Shown piece after piece: positions 11,612 through 25,627 of a stretch of DNA of 64,000 bases. Source of the stretch: Macrostomum lignano. Taxonomy: Eukaryota. Location: NCBI GenBank assembly GCA_002269645.1, contig NIVC01002719.1, forward strand, positions 1 to 64,000, given 5' to 3'. The notes under the pieces are model-generated. The model was not told the DNA's origin. It was given only the letters and a program-made list of their open reading frames with translations, and did not search any database. Numbering within the stretch: the first letter of the stretch is position 1; every line of letters begins with the position of its first letter. The position numbers and the translations under genes are program-made.

Positions 11612-14600
11612 ATGAATCAAAGTGACCGTGAGCCAGAACCTGAAGTTAAAGCTAGAACTACCACAAAATCATAAACAAAAAATGGAGTTAGGCTACATGT
11701 GTCTAAAATTGAATCTGTAGTGAAGATTACTTGGCCCAGATCCGGTTCAGGATGTCCTTGCGCCTGACTAGAATCAGGGGTAGGCATTCAAAGTCCACTA
11801 ATACCTTCATTAAACACTTTTCTGCAGACACGCAGCTTAACTCGGACTCTGAGAACTTCGATTCGAATTCGAATTCCAACAATGAAGATAAATTTTACTC
11901 CGTCGAAGAAGCGGTGGAGAGGCTGGGCTTTGGAAAATTTCAAATCAAGCTCCTGTTTATCACGGGAGTCATGACGGTGAGTTCTTTAAATTGTAAGGAC
12001 TTTAAATTTGCCTAAGAAAATCTGTCGAATTTACCACATTATTGGCTGCCAACGTCACGCTCACGAATAAAGTGTTAAACAGATTCTGCAGCTAATGTAC
12101 TAACATGCAATTTTATTTGTGCTCCACATTTCCGATGCTATGTATGCAAATGAGCCAAATTTTCACTTTCCCTACCCATGCCAGGCAGCGGACGCAATGG
12201 AGATGCTGCTACTGTCAGTGCTGGGCCCCGCGCTCCGCTGCGACTGGCGCCTGACGTCAGCTCAGGTGGCCGGCATCACCACTGTGGTGTTCGCTGGAAT
12301 GCTGCTCGGAGCTCCTGTCTGGGGCGCCGTGTCGGACAAGCGGGGTCGCTGGAGCGTGTCCGCCATCTGCTTCATCCTCATGGCCTACTTCGGCCTGCTC
12401 TGCTCGTTCGCGCCGAACTACTTCTGGCTCGCCAGCCTTCGCGGTATCGTGGGCTTCAACATCGGCGGTGCCGCCACATCCTTCACCCTGCTGTCCGAGT
12501 ACCTGCCTCAGCGGCACCGCGCCAAAGTGCTCATCCTCTTCAACCTGTTCTGGGGTGTTGGATCCACCTTTGAGATCCTGCTGGCTTACCTGGTGCTGCC
12601 CACTTTGGGCTGGAGATACCTGGTGGCCTTCTCTTCACTGCCGCTGATCTTGACGCTGCCATCGCTTTGGGTTAGTGATTTTTTTAAACTAATTATTCTC
12701 AAGTTAGCTATCGATAGACTTGTAAGAGCTCATTCGATCTGCCCTCAACTTGAGCTTCAACATAAGCTTAAAGCTTCAACATAAAAGCTTTGGTGTTGAT
12801 AAATAAGATAAATATTATTTTATCGCGCTTTTAAAACTTTTCAGTGCCTTCCGGAGTCAGCAAGATTCTTGCTGGCTTCTGGAAAAGCGGATGAGGCAGT
12901 TAAGGTAATTGACCAAATTGCACGAGAGAATGGCCGACCGTTGATGAAGGGCCGACCGGCAGGTATCTCTGAGGTAAGTTGACAAATCCATACTTGCTCA
13001 TGTCGAAATCTTTTTACGAGCAGACAAAAAGCAGATCCAAACTTTGCAGACAGAAACTCGAGGCCACATCTGGTCGCTGTTTCACACGTCCTACCGCCGA
13101 ACAACGCTAATCCTCTTCTGTCTGTGGTTCGGCATCGCCTTCTCCTACTACGGCATCGTGCTGGTCAGCTCGGAGATGTCTCAGCTGCGTCGGCAGTGCG
13201 ACCGAGGTCCGGCGCTGCTGCCGGGGTCGGAGAGCGTCGCTAGCAACGCCTCGTTGGTGAAAGACAACTCCTGCTGCAGAGGCCTCGAAGCGGAGGATTA
13301 CAAAGCTATGTTTATCTCATCGTTTGGCGAATTTTTAATAATTCCATTTAATCTTCTCACCATTGACTGGTTGGGTAGACGGTGGACTCTGGCGATCAAC
13401 TACCTGCTCATGGGGGTGTTCTTCGGCCTGATCTGCCTCTGTGTCCCGAGCGGCGTATCGGCAGCTTTTCTTCTGCTGGCTAGAGCGCATGCTGGGGGCA
13501 TTTTCAAAATCGATTACATCTATACTACTGAGGTGAGTAGGCTCTATTTTATCTATTTAACTGTTATCTTAAAATATTCCCATAGACATGCTGGGGGATT
13601 CACGCGTTACAGGTATTAGGCTTGAAGCCAGCGAACGCCAGCAGAAAAAATATGCTAGCGCACGAGAGAGCCGAGAGCTCATTTTGAGTTTACAACTCGC
13701 AGTAATTGGTGTCTCACGACTTCAATCTAATTCATCAAAGAAGCGGAGAACACAACAATTTCTATACATATAGGGGTACATCTGTGAGTTGTTAATTAAT
13801 GCACATGCCATATCGATTTGTTCCCTAGATCTCTTTACCTCTTTTTGACCGATTAGGTTCGGTCAATCGCCATTGACCAATCCACTGACCCATTTCCATT
13901 GACTAGCACAAATTTATCCCGCATTTATCCCTCTGCACCTAAAGTGCAGTCGATAATAATTGAAAACTAAATTATGCATATGCAATTTTGAGCGAAACAA
14001 TGGCTGGTCGGTTCAAGCGAACTTTTGCACCGCTTTTTATCTGTAAAACTTTATTGCTCAGCGGTAACCGCCTCAGACTCTCGCGCCATTACCAATGGTC
14101 GGTTCCGCTCGCGGCCACCTTCACTTAGGGCTTGTGTGCACGAAAATTCACCTCGAGGCAGTGTCGTCCGGTTTACAACCAAGGGCCAAGCACCACGACA
14201 CAGAGAGTGCAACATGCCTGACGATTAGAAAGTCGGAGCCGCTGTACATCCTGTGTGAGCGTGTATGAGTGCCGTGCCTGCGTTCAGTATCCGAGAGCTT
14301 GTATGTGTTCAGGAGTCAGCGGAATGGACAGAAATATTGCCGTCAGCTATGGTTGTGGAAAGATTTCATTGAAGGTATTGCTTCAGGGTAACTTTACAGC
14401 CCTCAAAGACCCCTGCAGTCATTACCTTTACCTTTTGGTGTTTTCGATAGTTTCTTTTGTTAATCTGTAAGTGGAATAAACATTAAAGCGGTGCTCAATT
14501 CAATTCTAATTCATTGCAGGTGTACCCTACCGTAATTCGAAGCATCGGCCTCGGTATCTGCTCCGCCATGGCTCGATTCGGTTCCATGAGCGCCCCGTTT

Positions 14601-14849
14601 GTAGCTCAGGTCGTACTGCCCGACGTGAGCTTGTTTGCTGGCTTTGCCACGTTCGCTTTAGTGGGCATCGGGTGCGCCGGTCTGTCCCTGATGCTTCCTA
14701 TGGAGACCAGAGGCCGGGCCATGCCGCAGAGCTTGGACATGGATGAGATCGATCAGGGAGGGCAGCAGCAACAAGTGCTGAGCTATAGGCCCGATCCGGA
14801 TGGGTCTTCTGCTACTTTAGAAATAAAAATTCAAGGGAAGAATAAATGA
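11612..14849 (+). CDS. SVOP: SVOP-like (synaptic vesicle 2-related) MFS transporter
   Basis: Exons 11612-11627 (tentative), 11828-11976, 12185-12670, 12845-12973, 13050-13532 and 14520-14849, all GT-AG and in phase. Motifs: VEEAVERLGFGKFQ, ADAMEMLLLS, SDKRGR, LPESARFL, YRRTTLILF, DWLGRR, YTTEVYPTVIRSIGLG, LPMETRGR. Confidence 0.9.
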
Positions 14850-17425
14850 GACGCTGACTGCAGGTATTTTAAATGGCTCTCAGTACGTGTAAGGTAAGAT
14901 GGTGAATGCTAGGAAAATCTAGTAAGTTAATATTTCGGTTGATGCATACACACCTTGTACAATTCTTTGTAGTCACTTTCATCACCAGTTTTTGCGATTT
15001 GATGTTGCAGCGGAGTAAACGAGTCTTAAAACCTCCTTAACGAGTCTTAAAAACGAGCGAACGGTGCACTAACAGCAGTTTTTCATTTCAAACACAAAAT
15101 TTTTGCATCTGCAAGCATAAAAAGTATAGTGAAGAGAAAAAGTTTCTGTATATTTGACTAATATTGGATCGATATTGGACCGGACTTGCATTTCCTCGAG
15201 GTTTTAGAGTTTATTCAACTCGTACATGTATATCTGTACTCTGTAACCGGATCTGCTACTCTAATGCGTCTTGATTGGATGGTTCTTTCATGCGAAATTC
15301 ACCCATAGGAGCCCCGCATTATTTGAAAAAAATGGGCTTAGAGTTCTGCTGCGCAGTTATTATTGTAACGTTGCACAGGTGTGAAAATAATCGGCTTGTT
15401 TAATAACGACAATCGTGATCGTAAATTTGTAATTTTTCCTATTTCTGTGCCCTCTGATATCAGCGACTTTTCTAAGCCCCTGCCCACGCTGTCGCCCTAC
15501 AGCCTCGAAATCGCCGTAGCTGGTAGCTGCCAACTCATATTGTCTTCATTATTGGTCTCTGGGCTAAAACATATATTTATAATGTGAAACAAATATAGTG
15601 CTTCGTCAAAAGATTTAAAAAGTTTGTGCTAATCATTCAATTCGTCACTATAATCTTACAATTTTCTGTAGCCGGAAGTTGCTTAATTGGCAAACTTTCC
15701 ACCAAACTTAAGTTTTTTGTTTTAACACGCAAACTAGTAATAATAAGGCTACCGAGTATTTCTTGTCTACGAGCGTATTTGCTTGTTCTCTCAATACTGA
15801 CGAATCTCGAGAAGTACTATTTACTTATACTTGTAGCTTTGCGTTGCAATAATCAGTTGAGTAGTATAACAAAACTCTGACTGTTGTTGAATTGAATTGA
15901 ATTTAGACTGATGGATTTGATATCGAAAGGCAGGTATAACAATGATTTTTTACCATTTCCTATCAATATCATTGATCGTAGCATATAGCTTCTCACTGTG
16001 TACTTTTCATCTTTTAAAACTTGATATGGGAATATGGGAGTAGAGGAAGTGGCAGCCCGGAGAACGACACGATAGAGGCTCTAAAGCATCAAATTATAGC
16101 ATGCAAGATTGTAATGCACGCATATCCTATACACCCAAGACTGCTCCGCGCGCAATGAAGTCAGGCGTAAATGAATGAGGGAGATGATGAATGAATGGGC
16201 TGTATTATAGTTGCAGAGATGCTTCTCGTATTTTTAGACTAACATGGAAACATGGCAAAAAACTCATATAATAGAGGAGGCCTTCCGTCATAGAACATAA
16301 TACTAAGGATAAGTTTCACTCTTTGAGAGCACTTCATGTTCAATTTATTCTGAGTTTTGACAAATGAATAAATTTTAACTTCGCTATATCACAATACTCT
16401 CGTGATAAAATTTTATTAATTGCGTTATCGTGATGTAATTAGTAACTTTTGGACCGATATAATCTTTACTGACTTTAATGAATCTTAAAATTTTCTCACA
16501 CACTAATTTTTATGATCTAGGAGACATGAAAAAAGATTATGGCACAACAGAAATGAACAGACACAGGTCAGTCAAGCGTTACAATCGACAACAGTTTAGA
16601 GAAAGGACACAGTTTTACTAATAAAATAAAGTATTGAATCCATTATAAAACAAAGTAAACAAACAGACTTAAACAAAAATAGTTTTAATCATTAATAGCT
16701 TCATTCACTGACTAAACAAGTTCTGCTCAAGATTTAACAAAATTATAACAAAAACTAACGCTATTCGAAGAATACAGTTTAACGCTACCAAGACAGTAGG
16801 AGTTCGTCAAAAGAGCACATCGTCAAATTGTAAACGCCAACTGCTGAACTAAAACATTCTTAGAATAAATTAGAATAAAAGGACGATCCACAACATTCCC
16901 AAGAGGGACGAAATTTCACTAAACGAGAGGTCGGACAAAACCTGCGCAGTAACCAGCCAGACTGAGCTATCAGCTAGAGAAATTATTCGCAAGTTCCAGA
17001 GAATTGACTACTTTTTAAAAGACACATTGTATCAACGTAGACTTCAGAAAAAACGGCAAAAGGTACACCGAAGGTTTTCATAACGATAATCAGAACCAGT
17101 ATCATCCAAAAATGTTGCGTAGTTGTAGCAACATCTGTTATACGCTTTCATTTGGAATAATAGTTGACGCTATGTGGGATATTTAGATGCCTTCATGTAA
17201 GTCGTGATTTCAGAAAAATTCTAAATATGACGTTCAACTAATATTATATGGTTTAGTAGCTGTCATACTTCGCAAAAACGGTTCTGTTACAATTAAAATA
17301 ATCGACAATATGAAAAGTCTGGATCACTGTCATTCGAAAAAAACACAACAAACTAAATATCGCTGCTTTTTAATCCAAAAATATATTTAGCCCAAAGTCA
17401 TGCTGACAAAGGTAGCTCCAATAGT

Positions 17426-20400
17426 TCAATTCGCGGCTCCAGTTGCACTCGCAGTCAACGGGTGCCACATGGCGAGGGCCCGGCGAGGATTTGCAACCGT
17501 CTCCATCCAGTGTTGCCTGCCGGAGCGACAGTCGACGCTGTTCCCGAGACGCACGGAGCCTATGGTCGCGTCCTGGCCCAGCAGATCTTTGTCCAGCACC
17601 GCCACCTCAACGGACAGGCCATGCAGGAGGTCTGGCGTCACTCGAAACGTCATCGCTTCGTTCCACACAGGATTCAATGCGCGCTTCTTTGACGTGGTCT
17701 TCTTGCGCTTCTTGATGCCTTTCTCTTCATGTAGCAGAGTCACTCTGACGTAAGGATCTGAAGTAGTTGGTTCTTCTTTAGTAGGGCTTGTACTGCTCTT
17801 TAAAGTATAATAGTTACAGTTACAGCCTTAGAAATTTTGACCGTCGCAGGTGGGTAAGGACGTGACATTTAAACAAAACCAAACCATATCATTTTTATTA
17901 AAGGCGCCATAAATCAAGTACGCAATCAGATCGGCATGATTAATGATATTCAAACATCCACACCTCGCAGGCCATGCAAGCTGATCTAGGGTGTATCTTA
18001 TATCCATATACACTGAAAGGCAATCTTCATTTAATTTGATTTTCGAGCCAAGCCACTTTTAGCACGCGATGTGATCTCACCCATGGATTTTTCGCTGTTG
18101 ATCTGACGCAGGTTTCGCGCTTTCATCACGGCTATGGTGAGCTTCTCGGCTCCCGGCAGGAGGCTGAGTGAGAATAGCAGCTCGCCGTTGCTGTATTGGT
18201 TCTGTTTTTTGAAAAGGAATTTTTTTATTTGAACTTCTTGCTGATTAAATAGAATCAAGTTTCTCGTAATTGCTTTCAGGGAATTTTGAAGCCCTCTTTG
18301 AAGCAAACTCTTTTTTTCTAAATCATGCGGTGTTGTAGCGGTAGAAGATTTATGTTAAGCTGAAAACTGGCCTAGCTAGTTTCTATGATATTTGAATGTT
18401 CCTATAGAATTAATTACGTATAGTTCCAATAAAAACTAGGAAATTTTCCTTAAACCCTAATGTCAACGTGGGCGTGTTTAGGAATCAGTTTTCCCTGTGC
18501 TCAAGATTAAAGACCGCTTAACTACTCACCTCGTCAACTGATCTCAAGGAACCCACCACCTCTGGCTCAGATGTGACATCAATGCTGCCCAGATCCGCAC
18601 TGAATTCTCCCACCGGAGCATGCCGAGAAAACTTGTCAAAGTCCTGCACCAACAGTCGCAATCGGTGACCCTCGAGGCTGTCGAAATCAATTGGAAATTT
18701 GAAGGTCTGATCGAAAGTCGGACAGCTGGTCCTGCGCTGCAGCGAGGTCTGCCGCTCCTTACTGTCTATGGGCGGCTCCAGGCTCAGCGTGATGAACGGG
18801 TCAACAAAGTCTTTCTGGCGATCGCAGCTCACGAGATCGGTGGCTGTTAATGGGATGAAAATGTTGCGAGTGCTGTGATGGCGTCACTGTAACTACGGTA
18901 ATCTTTTTAACCTCATAGGGAATATACGCTAAAGTTTTGGCTAACTAAATCTCCTTTTAAGCGCACTTCCGCCATCCCATTAGAAACTGCATAATTAAGA
19001 CCGGTAGCATGACATTGAATTAAACTTTTCGGTACAGACAGTGACGCCCTCGATGCATTTAGATAAAAGAAGACGAAACTCACGAAAAGACCACTGATTT
19101 CCATTAAAGTTCTGATCGTTATTATTTTAAATATTCGTTGAGGAATTCTGCTAATTTTAAAGAGTTTGTGACCTATTATCAACTCCGAGAAAGTTCATGC
19201 AAAAGTTACCTCGAAGCACGTGAACCAACAGGTCTGACGTATTGAAATTGTAGCCCAGCCGAAATACAACTTGGCCCAGTTTCGTTTCTTCGGAGTTCTT
19301 CTGTCCGGTTGAGTGGCCGGAGCGTCTCTGACCGTTGCCCGACTCAGCAGGCATGATGAGCACGGTGCCCTCTTTCCGGGTGTACAGTGAGGGCTCGAGG
19401 CTGCCTGTGGAAATGTTATAATTACAAACTTTCTTTTCTGCATTCACAGCGCGTGTTTTACTGGACCTTAACCATTTGCCATGGACCCGGACCATGGAGA
19501 ATGGTTCTGACAACCAATTTATTTTAGATGCCTCTGATCTGTGACGCACGTAGAGGGGGCCATGGGGTGCCTCCTCCCACCAATCGCCGACACAAAATTT
19601 GGAGCTCTATAAAACAGAGCAATTAAACAAATAGAGGACCCTCCGGTTACCCTTGTAAAACACTTGGTTACGTAACTGTCTTTGGCCCCCAATCAACTTT
19701 CATATGCAAGCCAAAAGGGAGTAAATTAAACAGTGTAAAATTTTCTAATACTTCAATCTATTGATTTCCCGGCAACAAAAAAAGGATTCATTCTGCACGA
19801 TTCTCAGCCGTATAGCTCCGCCTCGTATTTTATTACACTTTTGTGACTCAAGCCAGCAAAGTGAATCGTGTTTGCTCTGGAGAGCGATTTTGGACCAACA
19901 GCTAGCTCTTATCAACCTGAGAGAGAACAGCCAGGCCCTGAAATACGAGGTTCACTGTTTGCCTACCCATCGCTTATAGTTTTGTAGAGGCAGATGAGAT
20001 GCCTCTCCAGAGTCCCTGCCTGAAAGAGAGCTGCTACGAGGGGAGCTGTAATCCAACTTGCCAGCATAAACCGATTAGGCTGCTAGGCTCCAAGGTAGCA
20101 AATGGATCCTATAGGGCGAATTTCGCTACAAAAATCACTCTCCTACTGCAGACTCTGTGCGCCATCATTTATCAAAAACAGTTTCAAAGAAAATTTGTCA
20201 GTTTTTGAGCTCCTTAGTAAAATCTTCATAAATGGCTCTCTTTGTTAGACCTTGATTGGATGTAGCAGCGGTACTTTGTCTCGAACAAAGTAATTTTTAA
20301 TTAAGATTTTGAAGTAGCCGATAATAATGCATAAGTTTTCGATCGTTAGAAATTAACTCAACACCCACACAATATTGGTACGTTAATGAAAACGCAACGT

Positions 20401-22459
20401 TTCATAGCTTGTAAAAAACCTTCAATCAACCCGCATAGATTACGAACTTGACGTCATGTATAACCTACCTTTACCCTGCAAAAATTCGAAGTCGACTTCA
20501 CTACAAATAACCTACAAACATTACGACCATGAGGTCACATACAACCTACACATTACCTACAAACATTACGGAAATGACGTCACATACACTGTACAACCTA
20601 CAAATACCCTACAAACATTACGAAATTTACGTCACATACAATCTAAAAATAACCTACAAAATTACGAAATTGACGTCATAAATAACCTTCAAATACCCTG
20701 CAACATTACGAAATTGACGTCACATAGAACCTTCAAATACCCTGCAAACATTATGAAATTGAAATCACATAAAACCTACAAATACCCTACAAACATTACG
20801 ACAATGGCATCACATACAACCTACAAATAACCTATAAACATTACGAAATTGACGTCATAAATAACCTTCAAATACCCTGCAAACATTACAATATAAAAAA
20901 TAGTTAGAGACTTGGCTTCAAATATTACAATCAACCAGCACTCGATTATTGGATGAGTGACGTCATAGACAATGCTGTAGACACTAAATACATATAGGAT
21001 GTGCCATTACTTAAAAACACTGCGAAAACAATTGTCTCTCAACTCACCAAGCTCTTTCCCGCTACCAACGCTGACCGTCTCCTCAGATCTGGAGTCGGCA
21101 GCTGTGGAGCCTCCGGGAGCGTCTCCACCTGTGGCAGATGAACGCCAAGACGAACCGCGACTGTTCCGACTGAACAGGCTTCCAGTCAGTGACGGCTCCG
21201 GGCTCTTGCTCTGCAGAATGCATAGGAGTGCAGAGAATGAAGTGTATTAAAACGGTGCACTTTTAGGTGTCTTTCAGGGGCAGAGAAGTCGCGAGAGCTC
21301 TCAAAGGCGGGTAATCAATCAAATATAAAAACTCTTTTCTCTTCCAGTCTTGCTCCAGACTCCAAGAGGACAAATATTTGCAGCTTCTAAGAGCACTTGA
21401 ACAATTTGCTGCGACAGACGCAAGGAAAGTAAGCCATGGTTTTCTACCCTGCATGCTGGCGTTCAGCTCAGACGAGAGATGAAGCAGCTCACTAGGGATC
21501 AAGGAACAGGGATCAGGCATCAGGGATCGGCGGAATTATACAATAGGATACCAAGCTTTAGCCGCGAACAAAATTGACAAAGCATGCACGCCGCTAAGAC
21601 AGACCGAGAGGCCCAAGCTTAAGCGAAAGCCAAAAAATAGAAGTGATAAAATCCCCAAAGTAATGAAGACTGGCAAAATTCTCAAAGCCTAAGAGCTCAG
21701 GCCGCCCTTTTCCCAGTTCCACTTTCTCCTTCGTCCGTCTGAAGCCACGCCTTGCACTTCTCCTCTGTGCAGATTCCGCTCTCTTTCCTCCCCCCTGTCT
21801 CTCTCTCTCGACTTCTCAAAAGCCGGGAATAAAGACTCAGAGGTGACAGAAAACTGGGAGAAGGAGAATTAGGAAGCAGGAAAATCCTCACCTGATCACG
21901 CAAGCGAGAATAATAAAAAATATGAAACACCCGGTAGCGGCATGATGGGCAGGCGAACTTCTCTCAGACTTTCACTATCAAAGATTAGCAAGATGTGCCC
22001 TCCCGAAAAACTTCCTAGAGCATAAAAATGACATGCCGTTAGCCGGAATCTGCGGAACTCGATACCCCCCTAATTTGCTGCTTTAATTCAGTTCCGTCTC
22101 CAGAGGCTGCCGGGATGCGACTCAACTTACTCTGTGCCATCTGGAATTTGACCGTCGAGTCGACTTTATCGATGCATTAATTAACCCCCCCCCCCAACCC
22201 TTCAATAATTAATGACCAAATTTAGAGACTTTCTGACCATGCTGGGCCGCTTGGAATGAACGGCAAGGGAAAAGTACAACCATGGAAGTGGGACGAATGA
22301 GGAGATGCGGAGGGTACCGACCGACAAACAGACTGACTGACCGACAGACAAACAGACAGATTTTAAGGCACTAAGACATTGCAACTGACAGAAATTACAA
22401 CTGGTGCAAATACAGAAAGACAGACAGAAACTTCAGGACGTTATGATACTAGGACGGGC

Positions 22460-22528
<69 letters not shown>

Positions 22529-22751
22529 GGCCGTCACTCACGGAGCCGGCAGCCACAACGCCCACTCCGTACTCAGGGAAGGCGCCGCCCTGCAGGAGGC
22601 GGCCCTCCCGTCCACCCCAGCGGCTGCCGCTGGCGGCCCGCTGCCACCGGACGGTGGCACGGCAGACGCAGAGCAGGAGGAGGACGAGCGCCGTCACCGC
22701 AGCGATGCAGCTGCAGACAATGGCCGCTGCCAGGGCCGGAGATGACAACAT
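17426..22751 (-). CDS. Synaptotagmin (N-terminal TM plus C2A and C2B), Syt12-like
   Basis: Exons 22542-22751 (TM, Cys-rich), 21048-21210, 19210-19404, 18530-18843, 18081-18201 and 17426-17757 join in phase. C2 motifs: LGQVVFRLGY, DPFITL, QDFDKFSRH, GELLFSLS, DPYVRV, KKTTSKKRALNPVWNEAMTF, ALAMWHPL. Confidence 0.92.
20470..20890. repeat. Degenerate intronic minisatellite (acctacaaacattacgaaattgacgtcacata-like units)
   Basis: Repeated ~30-bp modules visible directly. Confidence 0.8.
22459..22528. repeat. (CAGA)n microsatellite just downstream of the first synaptotagmin donor site
   Basis: About 17 perfect units. Confidence 0.98.
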
Positions 22752-23429
22752 GGTGACGGCAGCCGCGAGCTCAGCGATGTCGCTTCATCCACAGGCGACG
22801 GCCTCAAAATATCTTGAGAACAAGCGAATAACGAGCTGAGATTTTTGTCAACACTCCGGCCTCCTTCGAGCTGCGCAGAGTCGGCAAAGGGGAAGAGAGA
22901 AAGAGAGGCGAATCGGTTGCCGAGCTCTGTATTTACAGATAACGAGCGGCGCTGCAATTTGGGACCTCGCTGGCTCGCTCGCCGCCCACTCGTCTCGTAT
23001 TCGACTCGCCTATGGCGAAGAATATTGGGGGGCGGGGGCTGTTTTGAGCAGTGGGAGTCTCCACACGCGAAAATGGAACTCTGCAGGGGCAGAGAAGCGA
23101 CGTTTAACAGGGACCTAGTTCCTTCTCTCCTGTCTGCCCCTCTCCCTCCTATCTCGGCCAGGGCCAATCAGCTTGCTTCTGCAGGCCTGTCCCGTCCGGG
23201 GAAGAAGACCAAAGGCGGTTGATGTCGCCTCTGGGGTTGGAAACCGGACTGCATGAGCTGCAAATCAATTTGAATAGGCCTTAGCGTAGCTGAATAGCTA
23301 ATATTGCTGGCTAAACACTTCTCAAGGCTCACGCAGCGTGAGAGCTCGGCCCCTCTAGATAGCTTTCGTGTCTTTTCTGTGCTTGTTAGTTAATTATTTC
23401 TATTATACTCGTACCTTTGGATAATCTTC

Positions 23430-23860
23430 AGATTTTTTTGCCCTTCATCTCACTCTCTTCCCACCCTTCATCTCACCCTCCTTCTTCCCCTCATCTCACC
23501 CTTCTTCTAGCCTTCATCTCACCCTCCCTCTACCCATAATCGCACCACATTCTATCCTTAATCTAATATACATTTTACTTTTAATCACACCACACCTTCC
23601 TTCTATCCCTCATCTCCTTCTCCTTCCACCCTAATCTCAACCTCCTTCTGCTATCCAATAATCTCACCCTTCTTCTACCCTTTATCTCACCCTCCCTCTA
23701 ACCATAATCTCGCCCTCCTTCTACCCTTTATCTCACCCTCCCTCTAACCATAATCTCGCCCTCCTTCTACCCTTTATCTCACCCTCCCTCTAACCATAAT
23801 CTCGCCCTCCTTCTACCCTCCATCTCACCCTCCTACCCCTAATCTATATTAATCTCATCT
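23430..23860. repeat. CT-rich minisatellite, 46-bp unit
   Basis: ataatctcgccctccttctaccctttatctcaccctccctctaacc recurs with period 46 (23704, 23750), with degenerate flanking units. Confidence 0.9.
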
Positions 23861-24466
23861 TGGTATTTTTCTAATCTATCCTTTGAACAACAGTTTATCC
23901 CAGCAATTCACCTAATCTTAATCATAACAGTCGCAACCTTGGCTCGCATCGCAACAACTTCAACCTGCCTAAACCTGAAGCCCGGATGAAAAATGTCAGG
24001 TGAAAAAGAAGAGGCAGAAAGCACGAAACACCACAGATTCAGGAGAGAATCAGAGCAAGTGCGAAGTTCCCTACGCTGTGTTTCTGCTTTGTCATCAAAT
24101 AGCTCAACTCAAATCAACTCAAACAGCAACTACCGTAATTCAGCTTTTTCATATTTTTTCATATCTCTTCCGCATGGAGAATTCCTGCAATCCCCCAGCG
24201 AGCACGCAAAAATATGAAACTGCAGAGAAACACGGAATGAGACCTGCGAGCTCCATCTCAGCTGGGTCCTGTGGGAAATTATTGATGGAACATGCAATTT
24301 TGAGTTCATGAGCGATTGAGATTTACATTGTCTGAGTGGCAGCTGCTGCTAACTCAGATCTGCTTTAAGATTTCTTGGAAGGAATCCCTGCTGATCAAAT
24401 TCAATGAAGTAAGCAGCACAACCAGGATTTTTTAATTGGAAGGCGCGTCAACGCGGGGCGACAGCT

Positions 24467-25627
24467 AGGGGCGCCATCTTGGGGGCGCTATCTTGGAGGC
24501 GCTATCTTGGAGGCGCTATCTTCAGGCGCTATCTTGGAGGCGCTATCTTGGAGGCGCTATCTTCGGGCGCTATCTTGGAGGCGCTATCTTGGAGGCGCTA
24601 TCTTCGGGCGCTATCTTGGAGGCGCTATCTTTGGGCGCTATCTTAGAGGCGCTATCTTGGAGGCGCGATCTTGGAGGCACGATATTGGAGGCGCTATCCT
24701 CAGGGGCTATCTTGGAGGCGCTATCTTCAGGCGCTATCTTGGAGGCGCTATCTTCGGGCGCTATCTTGGAGGCACTATCTTCAGGCGCTATTTGGGAGGC
24801 GCTATCTTGGAGGCGCTATCTTGGAGACGCTATTTGGGAGGCGCTATCTTGGAGGCACTATCTTCAGGCGCTATTTGGGAGGCGCTATCTTGGAGACGCT
24901 ATTTGGGAGGCGCTATCTTGGAGGCGCTATCTTCGGGCGCTATCTTGGAAGCGCGATCTTGGAGGCGCTCTCCTCAGGCGCGATCTTGGAGGCGCTCTCC
25001 TCAGGCGCTATCTTGGAGGCGCTATCTTGGAGGCGCTATCTTGGAGGCGCTATCTTGGAGGCGCTATCTTCAGGCGCTATCTTGGAAGCGCGATCTTGGA
25101 GGCGCTCTCCTCAGGCGCGATCTTGGAGGCGCTCTCCTCAGGCGCTATCTTGGAGGCGCTATCTTGGAGGCGCTATCTTGGAGGCGCTATCTTGGAGGCG
25201 CTATCTTCGGGCGCTATCTTGGAGGCGCTATCTTCGGGCGCTATCTTGGAGGCGCTATCTTCAGGCGCTATCTTGGAAGCGCGATCTTGGAGGCGCTCTC
25301 CTCAGGCGCGATCTTGGAGGCGCTCTCCTCAGGCGCTATCTTGGAGGCGCTATCTTGGAGGCGCTATCTTGGAGGCGCTATCTTGGAGGCGCGATCTTGG
25401 AGGCGCTCTCCTCAGGCGCGATCTTGGAGGCGCTCTCCTCAGGCGCTATCTTGGAGGCGCTATCTTGGAGGCGCTATCTTGGAGGCGCTATCTTGGAGGC
25501 GCGATCTTGGAGGCGCTCTCCTCAGGCGCTATCTTGGAGGCGCGATCTTGGAGGCGCTCTCCTCAGGCGCTATCTTGGAGGCGCGATCTTGGAGGCGCTC
25601 TCCTCAGGCGCTATCTTGGAGGCGCGC
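24467..25627. repeat. GC-rich 13/14-bp satellite (ggcgctatcttgga and variants)
   Basis: About 80 units; the long three-frame ORFs here are repeat artefacts. Confidence 0.97.
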
